64,000 nt of DNA from Amoebophrya sp. A120 (Eukaryota > Protista > Dinoflagellata), in NCBI GenBank assembly GCA_905178155.1, contig CAJINV010000002.1, positions 12,285,621 through 12,349,620 of the forward strand, read 5' to 3'. Shown here piece by piece: positions 27,201-38,700 of the stretch. The position numbers and the translations under genes were made by a program. The notes under the pieces were generated by a model that saw only the letters and a program-made list of their open reading frames with translations, was not told the DNA's origin and did no database searches. Positions within the stretch are counted from its first letter, which is position 1. Each line of letters begins with the position of its first letter.

Positions 27201-28057
27201 CCTCGTTGATTTCCGGCTGCTCGCACAGCCAGCAAAACCGCTTCCGCCACCACAGCCAGCACCCCACGGACAAACTTCTCCTGCAAGTTCCCATCGAGCT
27301 CGGGCGTCAGAAGGATTTTCTTCGCCGTTTGGATTTCTTCGTGCAACAAGCCGACGGACAAATGAATGGGGTCGTCCCAGTGCATCAGCCACGGCGTTCC
27401 CGCGTGCAGCCAGGACAGCATCATCCCCAATGGATCGCGGATTAGAAAGATCACCTTCAAATCATTGGGGTTCCGGACCCGGTACTTGACGAAGTGTAGC
27501 ACCTCCGCGCTGAAGGCGAGCAGTGGGTCCTTGATGCCGCATTTCTTGCGCGCCTTGTTCCCGGCGGTGGTCCAGCCTGGGACAACTTCTAGGTCCTCGG
27601 GTCGAACAGGATCAACAACACCATGATGTGCCTGCAAAAAGCCTGCGTATCCGTTCTCGTTCCACCATTTTTCGTGGTCTTGCTGGGAGATCCGTCCGCG
27701 CCAAAAGATTGTGTCCTCTTCGTGGTACAGATACAGGAGCGGGTGCTGCCGGAGGTACTGCAAAATCGACGTGGTCCCAGACTGCGGAAAGCCGACAATG
27801 ACGAAATCAATGTCCATGTAGAAAAAGTCAAAGTCCTCCGGAATTTCGGTCGTGGCACCTTCAAAAATCAAGGGGTCCCCAGCAAGATCGCGATGCTTCT
27901 CAGAAGTTGCAGAAGATACCGGGTAGAGCTGGGAATCTTCCGTGGTTGCCGAAGATGGCTCGCTCGATAGATCACCGAGCACCTGCTGTAAAACAAACCG
28001 CAACAGGGAAAAAAGGCGCAACGATGCGACGAACGAACTGAAGCTCGACCGGACCAT
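24290..28057 (-). CDS. Signal-peptide-bearing sulfotransferase-domain protein (1255 aa ORF)
   Basis: Hydrophobic N-terminus, PAPS-loop-like DFVIVGFPQSGTTSILQYLRQHP and 3'-PB-like LKVIFLIRDP...S. Confidence 0.75.
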   Translation of the reverse strand: MVRSSFSSFVASLRLFSLLRFVLQQVLGDLSSEPSSATTEDSQLYPVSSATSEKHRDLAGDPLIFEGATTEIPEDFDFFYMDIDFVIVGFPQSGTTSILQYLRQHPLLYLYHEEDTIFWRGRISQQDHEKWWNENGYAGFLQAHHGVVDPVRPEDLEVVPGWTTAGNKARKKCGIKDPLLAFSAEVLHFVKYRVRNPNDLKVIFLIRDPLGMMLSWLHAGTPWLMHWDDPIHLSVGLLHEEIQTAKKILLTPELDGNLQEKFVRGVLAVVAEAVLLAVRAAGNQRGRAGNVVAQDRLLYENQAAMHVLNEEVENETAPDPHRDTPARLWDDLEANSEFAEKIADCLKTVFGTSGAIQGNFAGTSRSTSGKFADERLCGQEGATSPSSMDDILMECKAKGKLELLFPDQDSAEATPTSARSPMVHHVTPHDPLTMELDFASFFQIRLVQRSDGDVPDGAEKPDDSWNEDSKLAQYLARTLQKLPKLCISRFSQLIPDEGHNRRGFICSILHVAGGTEDARKLRFTVFSSRTSCAGSDASSASSDSDAGVLANLDQSDSSETQRALSLPAFFQKYTKVFANQIQDENLFYVSTYSLQRKPQQTLQNVVRFLYDQHKASTMSRSGEESEPQSYTHDAAALPTTSAREASSSFSDFVFNVKTRHHVKLKRLPHEFDICESQLLPFLETLFPTRARRPLERLLDESAARVGQDAIIPQPESERTQRTTGEGIQENATSKPRSEHFPDLDIEGGHPCFSTSKRAEARVKRRALEINKLAPVFWHARQQRQAARRFLEFATHHHGEDHGASRSDAEVEKQNADGDTKRKRSFSGKEAAAFHRLWFFPERENGEDFEADGRATTAEAWLKRQVELLKVDSSTSLFRSYWSKWRWGRHRKRRVTASYFPRQHLNLKSSFVLQKQMLRDQMGVHRRLLREIYGRSGRVLPEPYIGATDSFPGHTLYEVDDVSGVPSDGSRVIGGHLQLHPAVSSLESLHPAHTLGLADQETTHRAVQQRILSRKGTIALAAGGAEDPSATTGQTRHSGDEEKSDTVQQTASQTSTMADLLSTSLHPVRIKGIPDFGYCLLPNIYGVVQQHEFLVDHSDVFSSMQQVTRLLTDPEIAVHSSQEHQSVIATDGSREISPPNICTLGGQVLRQVLAQYYCEFKPPLSCCKCCLEDDEVCWKRKDEVEFTSQVEKTMKTEGNMDVYRRDSDEESISHRLHSCCIIIVNHMIKASTDYLRLEMCGQEIGCSGWRKGFATP

Positions 28058-28621
28058 TTTGTCTCTTTCCTTCCCTTTATTGTGTCCTTAGTCTTGTTTG
28101 CTTCAGGGACCGGACGTGACTGAGAAAACATTCGCAAACTTTCTCGTTGATCGGAATCCATCTGCGAATCTGACAATTGCTGGTACTAGCAGGGGGGGCC
28201 ACAAAAAGCGAACATGATCAAATAGGCCTTGTTGAAGAAGACAGCGCCTAAGCGGCGGGGTTCCAAAATGTAGCTTCGTCCGATTATTCTTCAGTTGTGC
28301 AGCGCTTTCAAGCTGCTCGTTGCAGCTGCAGTTGTTGCAGCATCAGCACTCCTTTTTTAAAGATCTGCGTTTCTTTTTTGCGCCAAGTCAATCATGCTCA
28401 TGCTAACTCATGCGCCATCAAACATCACATCCATCAACTCGCCTGTCGCTGCGAGTATCCCAGTATTCCGAATGGCTATCCGCAGATCAAATTATCGTAG
28501 AAAAATTTTCAACAGTCACGAGACACCAGATGCTTCAATTTTTTCCTTTTTCGAACGCCGAAACCAGATATGCCGGAACGCAGCGACATTGACGTCGTGC
28601 ACGTGGATGCAAAACAAAGTA

Positions 28622-29572
28622 TCAGAAAACTTGCAACTCCAACTTGACAGCGACTGCAGAAAATTTTTGCCAGCATACATATCTCCTTCCCAGCCCCACT
28701 TTCTTTGCGAAGCCAGCTCGATAATTCCGCACGCAGGTGCCGAATTTCACGCGTACCCAGCCTTCTTCTTCCGCAAACTCGATGATCTTGCCAATCTGAT
28801 CTGTGAGATGAGTTTTGCTCCAGTGAAAAATCAATTGTGTGCTCGCTTCTTCAGGCGAGCGAGTAACTGTTTGTCATACTAACTATGTTCCTGTTTGTAA
28901 ATAGCTGGCAACCAGTGTCTCAACTAGTCGCCACCAGAGCTTGACGAAACACCGCCCGTTTTAGTAGTGAACGGCCAAGCTCGGGGAGTTACCAGGTAAA
29001 AATCAAATTTTTGATGTGTGTTTTCTACTTAAGGCAAGCTAAAAGTAAATCAAGGCACCACAGGTAGTCGTAGTTTGTCTTTGTTGTGTTCATCACCACC
29101 TTCTTGCATGCTCATAAAGCAAACCACTGGAACGCCACAGGTTTCCAATTCCACTAGTACTTGGGTACAAAATAAAGTGTAGAGATTGCATTTGAGGCCT
29201 ACTTCATGATTATCACGCACCTGGCGACTCCCGGTCTTGATCTCCCCAAATCCAATCGGGACCGCGTACCACCTCCATACCCACGTATGCCGCTATCATG
29301 TCTTTTGCCATTTGTCCAACCTGTTGGTCCGCAGGATTGGCCGTTATCCTCGGTCCGTACCCTATCACGACGTCTGCCACCGGGTTTTGTATCTTCTTCG
29401 GCATGGCGAGCTGCTGCATTTGCCTCTTCTTTGCCGCTGGCTTCAAATTGTTGTTCGGCGCTAGCGCGGAAGAAGAGGACGATGATCCTCCCGCCGCGGG
29501 TACAGCTCCGCTGCTGGGCTTGTTTAGCAAGCCCGGAGCTTGTGGTGTCTCCCTTGCAGGCGTAGACGGCAT
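28622..29572 (-). CDS. MIB/HERC2 domain protein, multi-exon (3' boundary uncertain)
   Basis: VGMEVVRGPDWIWGDQD followed in a later exon by GKIIEF...GWVRVKF...NYRAG. Confidence 0.75.
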
Positions 29573-30193
29573 GGTCGTGAAGGAGATCTCTATTTGTATC
29601 AAATCGGTTTCAGGTTGTCACTCGTCGAGCAAAGTGTTGTATTGTAGTAGTAGCAGTTTGAGATTCGTGTGCGTGTGGGACGCAGTAGAATCATCAACTT
29701 CAAAAATCAAGTTGTGGGACGCAGTAGAATGAATGCTCTTGTCGCCGCCACGTGTCTTTCTACTCCTGGTTGAAAATTATATCCTATCTTTGTGTGCATC
29801 GCATTTCAAAAATGAGCATTAACTAAACTTTTTGCTTTGTTGATGATACAGCAGGTGGTCCAATGTCGCGCTCGCAGTCGCAACCGGCACGTCTAACAAG
29901 AAATCATCGAACAGTAATCTACCTCGAGTTATCTTCTTCATTTCACGAGATTCTCCGCCTGTTTCATTTTTTTCTTCTATCCAAAAGAAAAGCGGCGCCA
30001 CGCTTTCCAGGCGTAGGTCCTCCTTCCATCGTTTCTATATCTGTGTAGGTGCGTCGTTTCAGTTTCTTGCTCTTACTGTCTTTGTTTTGTAGGCAGCAAC
30101 AGCATAAGAACATCGGCAGCCGCAGCCTCACGAACAAGTTCTAAACGGAAACGTGCACATGGACATGCAGCAAGGTCAGTACAGAAAAATTTT

Positions 30194-33100
30194 TCAGAAC
30201 TGAACCCAGTACACGTAGTCGCTCACAACATGCATGGTGAGCCCGGTATTGCAGTATCGGCGGAAAGAATGTAAATCTTGTGTACTATTTTTATCGCGAC
30301 GGACTACATCGGAGTTCCGCGCTTCTGCGTCCTCCTTATCTTGTTCGAGAGCCAGGACGCCACAGTACCCATTCAGGAGCTCGTGGAAGAAGCCCAAAAC
30401 TCCGTGCGCCATGCCGGGAAAGGTGAAGAGCCCCAGATCGTGACCCGCGAGAATGCCACCAGGTTTCTTGACCTTCCAGAAGTAGTATTCCAAGTCGCTG
30501 CGCACGCCGGCCTCGCTGTGATCGCCATCTACAAAAATGAAATCGGCCGAGTTATCCGCAAAATGCTGGTGAACATCCTGGGCGTACTCCTGCAACACTT
30601 GAAAATGGAGCGGGTCACCACGGGAGGAGACGAGCTTCTCCTGGCCGATGGTGATTTTTTCTACTATTTTTTGTTCTGCATTTTTACTCTCCTGGTTCAT
30701 TTCCTCCGCTGCAGCTACCGGCTTCATTCTTTGATGACAAGGTGACGACTCAACCGGCGCGCCGGGTGCTGCCGTGGTCGAAAGGCCTTGTGCGATGCAC
30801 CAATCTTCCGTCGAGTGGTCCAGACCATTGGCGTTCGTGTTGTGCAAAAGTGTGTCCACCCGGTAGTCTCGGACATAGTTGCAATAATCAAGGATCCGGC
30901 TGTTTGAAATCGTGTTCATCTGAGACACGCCAGATGAGATGATCTGACGGCTGTCCTCTTTTTTGTTCTCGCACTTTTCCCATGCGAATCCCTGCTTTTC
31001 AGCATCAGTGCGTATGTTCCCAGCCTGTATCTCTGACGGCAGCAGTGCCACTTTCTTCCTGATCTCCTGCACAACGAGTGCCGCACAGGCCGCATCTCCC
31101 CGGCACGCGTCCACGCCAAGCTCCTCAGTGGTTGACGTGCGCCAGTCCTGCAGGCCGGGAATGTTCCGCTGTCCCTCCGGCCACGGATCGACTAGGTGGA
31201 AGAAGATCTTGTCTTGGAGTAGCGGGTCCTGCAGAACTCGTGTCTCGACCGCCGCGAGGAAAACCCCGATGCTGATGGTCTGGAGCTTTTCATCTTGCGC
31301 ATGATGTCCTCCTCCCTTGCCTGTCTGGCCCTGCCGTTTCGCGACGAGCTTCCGCAACAGAAACACCACCCAGTCGTAGTGTGTGATGCACGTGTCGTCG
31401 TGAAATTCGAACTGCATCAGCTCACGACTGGCTGCTTTCTGGTACGCGTCCAGACTCGCAAGGAGAGATATGCGCTCTGTGTCTTGTTTCTCATTCTCAC
31501 GACCGTCTTTTTCTGCTGTGAGTCTCTCCACGATTTCCGGAAAGTCTTTCCGGATTCCCTGCTGCAATGCGAAACCCAAAAACTTGTGTTTTGTCTTCGC
31601 GCCAACACGCAACTCGTTGTCGTTTCCAAAAAAGCGCGCAAGACTCACATCCCAACGCGCGCGTGCAGCCTGCTGCAAAACTTCGTGCCACGTGTGGCTG
31701 CGTACTAGGTCCCCGAAGTAGCGCAGCCGATCTTTCTCCAACAAGCAGGACGGTACGCGGAGTAGCGGGTAGCTGCACTGCATTCTGACCTCAAGGTTGC
31801 TGAGAGGCGTGACGGTTTGCAGAAAGCTGTCGTCCACCGGGAGAATTTCGTCCTGCGGCGGAGCCATCATAAACGGGTCGGAGCGCGGGATCGGAGCTTC
31901 CGTCCCGTTGACAAACAAACCCTGCAAGCCCGAAAACCAGCGTGGAAACTCCCGTGCGCGGATGTCGATCCTCGGTGATATTCGGTGCCCGCGCTCGTTC
32001 CGGACGTTCGGCGACGAGGCCCAGAATTTGTCCGCGGAAGAGGCATCCTTGGAAGGCGTGGACAAGCCGAGCATGTTCGGTGTCGCGACAAAGTCCAAAA
32101 ACGGATTGAACTTGTGTCCCTTGCGGAGCATCGCTTCCTGCATGGTAGGCGACATGAAGCCGTTGTTCGGCTCGTACACCGGAATGTGCTCGTGGTCCGC
32201 TGTGATTCGGCCGAGTAGCAATGCGCCGTGGAAGCTTTTCTCGATACCCAGCTCCCGATGGTCGTACTCCACACCGAGCCACTGCCTTGTGTACTCGTGC
32301 GGCGATTGGCCGTTCTGCGCGAAAGAGATCGGCGACTTTCCTTCGCGTAAGTGCCGCACGTTAGACTGTTTCACCATCGTGAAGAACGAATGCAGCGCCC
32401 GCCACTCGAGGATATCCAGCTTCGTCCGAGCCAGGTCGGTCGCGTTGCGAAAGGCAATTTCGTCCTCAGAAACGAATGTTGCGTCGTTTTCGTCCGCTGC
32501 GGCGCGCTTCGTGTACTCGGGATGCACGTCGGGAACGGCGACAAGCCGAGCGAAAGTGGCGCCGAGGCAGTTGCTGCGCAAAAGGGAATCTGCAATGCGG
32601 TTGGCCATTCGCTTCAAAAACTGCAGGTGTTTTTTCTGGCGATCGGCGTTTTCCAACACAATGCGTGTTTTCGTCAGCCGCAGAAACGCAGCGAGAATGC
32701 GCTTCGATTTCTTCTCAAACGCAAGTTCTTCGACCTCCGCTCCGTCGATGCTGGGGACCACATCGGAACGCAGGTCCCGGACCGCAAGCAACCCACGCTC
32801 GTGGGCTTTCGGTCGTGGTGCTGCGTTGGAAAACTTGAAGTTTTGCGCATCGCTCGACGACGGAATAAGGAGTCTGCTCTTGGAAAGCACGGCGGTAGCG
32901 ATGATTTTTGTTGCCTTGTTGTCCGTGCTGCCCGGGTCAAGGAAATCCGAAAACTCTTCGAAATCTTCTTGTACGACCTGCCCGCCCGCTTCTTCGTCGA
33001 AGTTTGCGAAGTACGGCGTCAACGCTCCCTCTGTGAAAAGCCGTCTCGTCGTGCTGGTGCTGCTGGTGGTCGAACCTGTTTTACTTGTGTCTGGAGACTG

Positions 33101-34633
33101 TGTGGCCGACGAAGCAGCTCCGTCTTCCGCATTAATCGCGAAAGCCTTCACCCACGCGGCTTGCAGTTTTTCGACCTCTCCCAACATCGCGTCCACCATA
33201 TCCATAACATCCGTCAACGACGACGCCCACATTTCAGCTGCTTGGCGCAAAAAGCCGCGGAAGAGCAGCTCGCTGCGCGGACAAAATCGCAGATCCAGCG
33301 AAAAGTGGTCAGGAAGAACTTTGTTTTTTCGCAAGCTGAAATCAGCCAGCAGCAAATCTTCCTTCAGAGCCGAAACCATCTGATCCTTGAGCCCATGAAC
33401 CGCTGCACGTGCCTGCATTTTCCTCGCATCCGCATCCTCCGCACTGTACGACGGCGCCTGCGCTATCTCCTCGCCCGCACGTCCGAGTCTGACAAAAATT
33501 CCGTGCGTTATGTCCTTCGCGAACCTGTCGGCGAGAAAGGGGTTTGTGAAGCGGAGCTTCTCCGTGCAGTACAGCTTTTCGTACGACTTGACCGCTTCTT
33601 GCATGCTGTAGAGGACTTTTGCGGCTAGTCGGTCGAACAAAGACGCAACCTTGAACAGGTAGAAATCCGCGAATGCGAGGTCCTCGGACACCCAAGCCAT
33701 CGTTTCAAATTTTGCAAGATGCCCACGCAGTCTCGCCGTCAAAGAGCTTAATTTTGCTTCGTCAGTTTGACCGCTCTGCCGAAACTGCAGGATTTTCTGA
33801 ATTGCTGCCAGGGTCTCTCTGATCGTGCTCTCGCTTGGAAGGTAGTCGTCGGCGGCGGCAGGTGGCCCGTGGCGCTCATCTTCACGATTTGAAGCCGTTG
33901 TCGAACTGGTCCGTGTCGTTGCTGACGTTTTTGCAAAAATCTTCGTAGAAGTACTTGGCACCGATTGCAGAAACTTCGAAACCACGTTGTTCTCCAAGTA
34001 CTCGACGGCGTGCTCAACCAGTTTCGTGAGCCCCAGGCTCTCGTTGTGCATAAACTCGGACTTGCCGACGCCACCGCCGGAAGTGAACCTGTCCTCATCT
34101 TCCCGCGTAACCGGCGGCACCACGTGCATCACCCTGTACATCACGAATCTCTTCGCCAGCGCGACAAACCCCCCGGCCAGCGGTGCGAAGTACGCCTGAA
34201 CCTCTCTGTCGTGGAAATCCTGGGCGAGAAAGTCGACTTTGCCAAAATCGCGAACGAGCGAAAATGACTCCTCTGCTGTTTGTCTCTCTGAGAAAGTGTC
34301 CACTTGCACTTCTGGAGCGGGTTCGACGAGCGTCCTGGGCGACCAAATCTTCGCGGCCTCTGCACCGTGCACGGAACTCGTCACGCTTCTGGGCGGGTGC
34401 AAGTGGGGGTCCGGTTCGAGGTCGAGCGCTTGTAGCTCTTGCAGACCCCCTTTCGCGAACGTGACGAGTGAACAGCTCGCGCTGCCTGTCAATACCACGA
34501 GATGAAGGCCAATTTTCCGTCTCCATTTTGGCACGACCGAAGCGCTTCTGCATGCGTATGCAACAGATGATCTGACTGACGCGGCGCCTCCCCAAGGAGG
34601 CCGCTGATCGTGATTCTTTCTAAGCAAGGTCAT
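30194..34633 (-). CDS. 1479-aa protein with an N-terminal hydrophobic segment and a C-terminal class I SAM-dependent methyltransferase domain (Methyltransf_24-like)
   Basis: Single long ORF with FADNSADFIFVDGDHSEAGVRSDLEYYFWKVKKPGGILAGHD. Confidence 0.8.
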   Translation of the reverse strand: MTLLRKNHDQRPPWGGAASVRSSVAYACRSASVVPKWRRKIGLHLVVLTGSASCSLVTFAKGGLQELQALDLEPDPHLHPPRSVTSSVHGAEAAKIWSPRTLVEPAPEVQVDTFSERQTAEESFSLVRDFGKVDFLAQDFHDREVQAYFAPLAGGFVALAKRFVMYRVMHVVPPVTREDEDRFTSGGGVGKSEFMHNESLGLTKLVEHAVEYLENNVVSKFLQSVPSTSTKIFAKTSATTRTSSTTASNREDERHGPPAAADDYLPSESTIRETLAAIQKILQFRQSGQTDEAKLSSLTARLRGHLAKFETMAWVSEDLAFADFYLFKVASLFDRLAAKVLYSMQEAVKSYEKLYCTEKLRFTNPFLADRFAKDITHGIFVRLGRAGEEIAQAPSYSAEDADARKMQARAAVHGLKDQMVSALKEDLLLADFSLRKNKVLPDHFSLDLRFCPRSELLFRGFLRQAAEMWASSLTDVMDMVDAMLGEVEKLQAAWVKAFAINAEDGAASSATQSPDTSKTGSTTSSTSTTRRLFTEGALTPYFANFDEEAGGQVVQEDFEEFSDFLDPGSTDNKATKIIATAVLSKSRLLIPSSSDAQNFKFSNAAPRPKAHERGLLAVRDLRSDVVPSIDGAEVEELAFEKKSKRILAAFLRLTKTRIVLENADRQKKHLQFLKRMANRIADSLLRSNCLGATFARLVAVPDVHPEYTKRAAADENDATFVSEDEIAFRNATDLARTKLDILEWRALHSFFTMVKQSNVRHLREGKSPISFAQNGQSPHEYTRQWLGVEYDHRELGIEKSFHGALLLGRITADHEHIPVYEPNNGFMSPTMQEAMLRKGHKFNPFLDFVATPNMLGLSTPSKDASSADKFWASSPNVRNERGHRISPRIDIRAREFPRWFSGLQGLFVNGTEAPIPRSDPFMMAPPQDEILPVDDSFLQTVTPLSNLEVRMQCSYPLLRVPSCLLEKDRLRYFGDLVRSHTWHEVLQQAARARWDVSLARFFGNDNELRVGAKTKHKFLGFALQQGIRKDFPEIVERLTAEKDGRENEKQDTERISLLASLDAYQKAASRELMQFEFHDDTCITHYDWVVFLLRKLVAKRQGQTGKGGGHHAQDEKLQTISIGVFLAAVETRVLQDPLLQDKIFFHLVDPWPEGQRNIPGLQDWRTSTTEELGVDACRGDAACAALVVQEIRKKVALLPSEIQAGNIRTDAEKQGFAWEKCENKKEDSRQIISSGVSQMNTISNSRILDYCNYVRDYRVDTLLHNTNANGLDHSTEDWCIAQGLSTTAAPGAPVESSPCHQRMKPVAAAEEMNQESKNAEQKIVEKITIGQEKLVSSRGDPLHFQVLQEYAQDVHQHFADNSADFIFVDGDHSEAGVRSDLEYYFWKVKKPGGILAGHDLGLFTFPGMAHGVLGFFHELLNGYCGVLALEQDKEDAEARNSDVVRRDKNSTQDLHSFRRYCNTGLTMHVVSDYVYWVQF

Positions 34634-35789
34634 TGACGCATCTCCGTTCTATGCTGATTTTCCTTTACTCAATTCCAGATCGCGGTGTCGAACTAGCATT
34701 CGTTTGTTCCCCTTTCTCAATGACGCTGTCAAAAAGTATACAGCCACACGCAACGTACAAAGAGATTCGCGTCTCAACCGGAACAAGTTCGATTTTTTTT
34801 CGAATTCAGAGGTAATGCCTACCAATCTTGCATTGTCTGCTGCAGTCCGTCTCAATATCGTCTCGTCACGTCGTGGTGTACAAGTTCATCTTGCACAGTT
34901 GCAAGTTGTTCGCGGCAATTTGTTGTACTATCGCTAGTCTTGAATTGTACAAGCCCACAGGGGTAGTCAGCTGCAAAACTTATTTTAGAGGGACGATAAA
35001 ACATAGAGTTCATCGGAGACAGCCTGTTCAGCTAAGTTCTAGCAGAAGCACTAAACTTGTCTCTGTTGCTTGTGGTGCGTGCTGTCTTTTTTTACGAGGG
35101 TCGCCTGGCTAGTGTACGTCGTCGTGAAATACGACGCAAAACTAAAGACAAGTTCATCAGAGAAACTTCCGAAGAACCTCTCGTAGTGAAACTGTGGTAG
35201 AAGTAGACCTAGTTTAGAGAGAGAAGAATAAGGGTGATTATACAATGAGTTCATTTGGATTTGGACAGAAATGTCGCGAAGATAGAGTTAGAGAGACAAC
35301 ATTTTCAGGTACTGCTGTAAACATTAACATAACTTGTTTCCGTAGCTGCTATATCAATCTGTCAGTCTTACTTTCTGCAGCACAATTGCGCCGCTTGCAA
35401 AACTTCGATAGTTGAAATGCGAAGCGATGAATCATTTTTGCTGAGACCCTTACCGAAAACCGATGAATCATGTCTGCTGGTTTTTGATTTCTTTTGTCTG
35501 ATAGCTAATCGAGAACTAATAGTTGTTTCAATCTGCTAAAGTCAGTCAGTCGACGTTCATTTTGCTAGTAAGAAGAATAACGGATAGGAGTTCATTTCTT
35601 CTCGTGGAAGAGTTTAAACATTTGGAAACGGTCCTTTCTGGTAGCTGTGCTTGTGCTCCTTTCTCGACTCCAAATTTTTTTCGTAGAAGTAGCTTAGCTT
35701 TAGTTTCAATTTTTGCATTTGTTCCTGCAGTATTTTTTACCTTCTGGTTCTGCTCAGAGAAAGTTGCAGTTGCATATCACATACCTTTT

Positions 35790-38700
35790 CTAGTACAACT
35801 CCTCGGTTTCATCCGCCGGCGTGATCATGTGCGTTGCCTGCGTCGAGTGCCCAGAGGCCGCGGACTGGGGGCGGCCGGTCGCCGTGGAGGCGGACTGCGG
35901 GCGGGTGCTCAAACCCATGATTCCGCTGTCTTGGGACTCGTAGGCGGCTTGACCTGTGGATTAGATTTGTCCAAATGATATACCTAGAGGAGGAGGAGGA
36001 GGAATAAACTCTACAGTCAGCTTCTAACTACTAAGCTACTCTCTCTGTGTAAGCTAACCATAGGAAAGATTTTCGCTGGGACTAGGTGCTGCCTGCCGAT
36101 GGTTTGTAACGCTTCAACTTTCCAGATAGCTGTAGCCGGTTGTCTCTTTCGGCTGGTATGCGACCCCCTCAGCAGGTCTGCTCACGAGTGTCCTTTGTCG
36201 TCTTCGCTGCTTCATAACAGTGGCTCTGTGGGACGTGTTGATTTTGTTGCGATCTGCCTCTGGGTCTTAGTTTTGTGACGTTCTGACTACCCAAGGGTGG
36301 GCAGCCGAAGCCGCCGTGGCCAAGAGATGTCAGGTTGCCCCTGAGGGGACTTATTCGCCACTGCGGTAGGAAGAAGTGAGCCACTGCGACGGTTAGTTGT
36401 GAGGACGCCCGAGGTAGAGTTACCCGTCGCGTGCCGCCCGCTGCAGAGGATCTAGAGTCCCTCCGCAGTGACCTAGAACTTGTCCTACTCTCTGATTGGT
36501 TATTAGAAACTGGATCAACCCGCTTTAGATCGCACATGATTTTGCGATCTGCAAGAGAAATATTTTTGGGAGCATATGCTGGACACGGGCGAGACAACGA
36601 ACAACGCAGCTTCGGTCACTGTTTTGGCCAGTGCTCGCCTTTCTCCGACCTGTTTCTGTGTTTTTGTTTTCGCTGTTTTCTAGTTCTAGTTCTCTTCTGC
36701 CTCTGGGCCTATTTTCTATCGTTATAACTCTTCTTCCAGCGTTTTTTAAGAACCTAGAGCTAGTCCGGTGTGGATGACCGCGTCCTCGTCCTGGTGCAAT
36801 TTGAAAAAATATCGAGAGAAGACACACGAAAAAAAAAATCAATGTCGTGCAGCCTCACCTTTCATGATCAGGACGGTTTGCGACGTCTTATCCAGACACT
36901 GATTCGACGCCCATTCTTTCATGTCGATGAAACCGCTCATGTCGGCATCCATGGTCTGCCACAGCTGGTTCATCTTCAAAGCCGAGACTTGTTTTCCGAC
37001 CAACGACGGAAACCTCTCCATGAAATCACCGTAGGAAACCTTGAAATGATGATGAGAGTCTTTTTACTGTTTCTGTTCGTCATTCGTCCACGATTTGTTT
37101 GATTGACACTGGATCATTTCGATCCTCCGTGGTCCCCTCAGAATAGATAGAAATCAAGTTCAAGTACCAAAGCTGCTGTACTATTTATGGGCTCTTCATC
37201 ATCTACTTACCTTGAAGTCGCTGCTGTTTACTGCCATCTGCCGGAACGCAACGAGCAGATTGCCGTGTTTCTGCAAGCACAGCGCTCGAATCTCGTCGCC
37301 GGTCATAGTTTCGATGTCTCTGGAACTGAGGTCGCCGCCTCTTGCTATCATGGGCACCGTCATCTCATCCGGCTCGTCTTGGTTCTCGTTAAACTGTTGC
37401 ATTTTAGCATTGGTGTGGTTGTTCTTGCCGTATATTTCGATAAATTCAAAATTTTTTGCAACTAGCGTGCTAGTTGTAGGGACGAATGCACATGATCGTC
37501 TTCTAGCCTATCCGCCAAGTCAGAAAAAGCTGTTCCTGTAGCAGGAGGTAGAAGAAAAACTACGAACAATGTTCAAAAATCTTACCTCGTCCTTGTCCAT
37601 TTCGAAGTTAAGTTGGGTCTGTGTTCTTGACACCGAATGCTTCGTTTGCCTTCTGCCCGCCCCGGAGCCGTGGAGTTTCTCCGCGAGTTCGTCCTCTTTC
37701 GTCTTAAATGCGACGTCGCGATGCAACGAGGCGGTTGCCTGGAAGTCATTTCATAGGTAGGTTACGTTAGGGTTGCCGTTACCGTATTAGAGGTCGTGTT
37801 AATAAAAACAGCTTATCCACAAGTGCAAACAACCAGTGGCCTTCATCTTGCAGAAGTGAAGCTGTGAAAGTGCAACACATCCATGTAGTAAACTCTCGTG
37901 CCGCAAAAAAGTACTCTGACTCTACTTGCTTACTCCATTAGATTAAGATTAGCACCTTGTAAGCGGCGAATTTCCTCGCGAATTCCTGGTAGGCAAGCGC
38001 CCCCGTTCCGTCGGTGTCCGCCATCTTCCAGATGCGGTCGACTATTGCCGGTGGCAAATCGACGCCCACGTGTTTCAAGCCGACGCCGAATTCCTTGCGG
38101 TTTACCTGTCCGTCGCCGTTCTTGTCGAAGGACTTGAAGGCGGTCATCAGTGTTGCGAATTTTTTCTTCATCAACGCTCGCAACTCCTCATCCGTGATCG
38201 ACATCTTGCCGCCAATACCCTTATATCTGTGGTGTGTCGTCGTAGAAAAGTAGATTGCACATCTAAGTCAAGAATGAACTGCAACATTTTTGAAAAATTT
38301 CGGTACGTTTCGACGTCATTTTTCAATTCAATTTTTCATGCGTGATAGTACACCAAATTAATGCGATGATCACAAAAAAAACTGTACTTCTTCTTCGGTT
38401 TTGGCACTTCTGCTACTGGATGCCATCCGCCCATCTGCTCGACCGTTTCCAAAATTTTATCGACCGCAAAGTCAGGATTTGGCCACTTGCCCTTCTTGAG
38501 TTTCGAAAAGACTTCCCGTCTGTTCTTGCCTTTGTTCACGAAAATTTCGAATGCGCCAATGCGGGGATACCTGCGGAAAGCAATTAGTTGTCACTCGAAG
38601 GATTTTCATTCATGATCATCGCAGTTTCGTTCCTCGAACAAGGAGGACCTTCTACCTAGGACGTACAAATCCATGCTCATGTTGGTCCTAGAAATGCAAT

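Noticed and set aside
31797-33628. Long plus-strand ORFs (528 and 425 aa)
   Set aside because: Antisense shadows of the 1479-aa minus-strand CDS.
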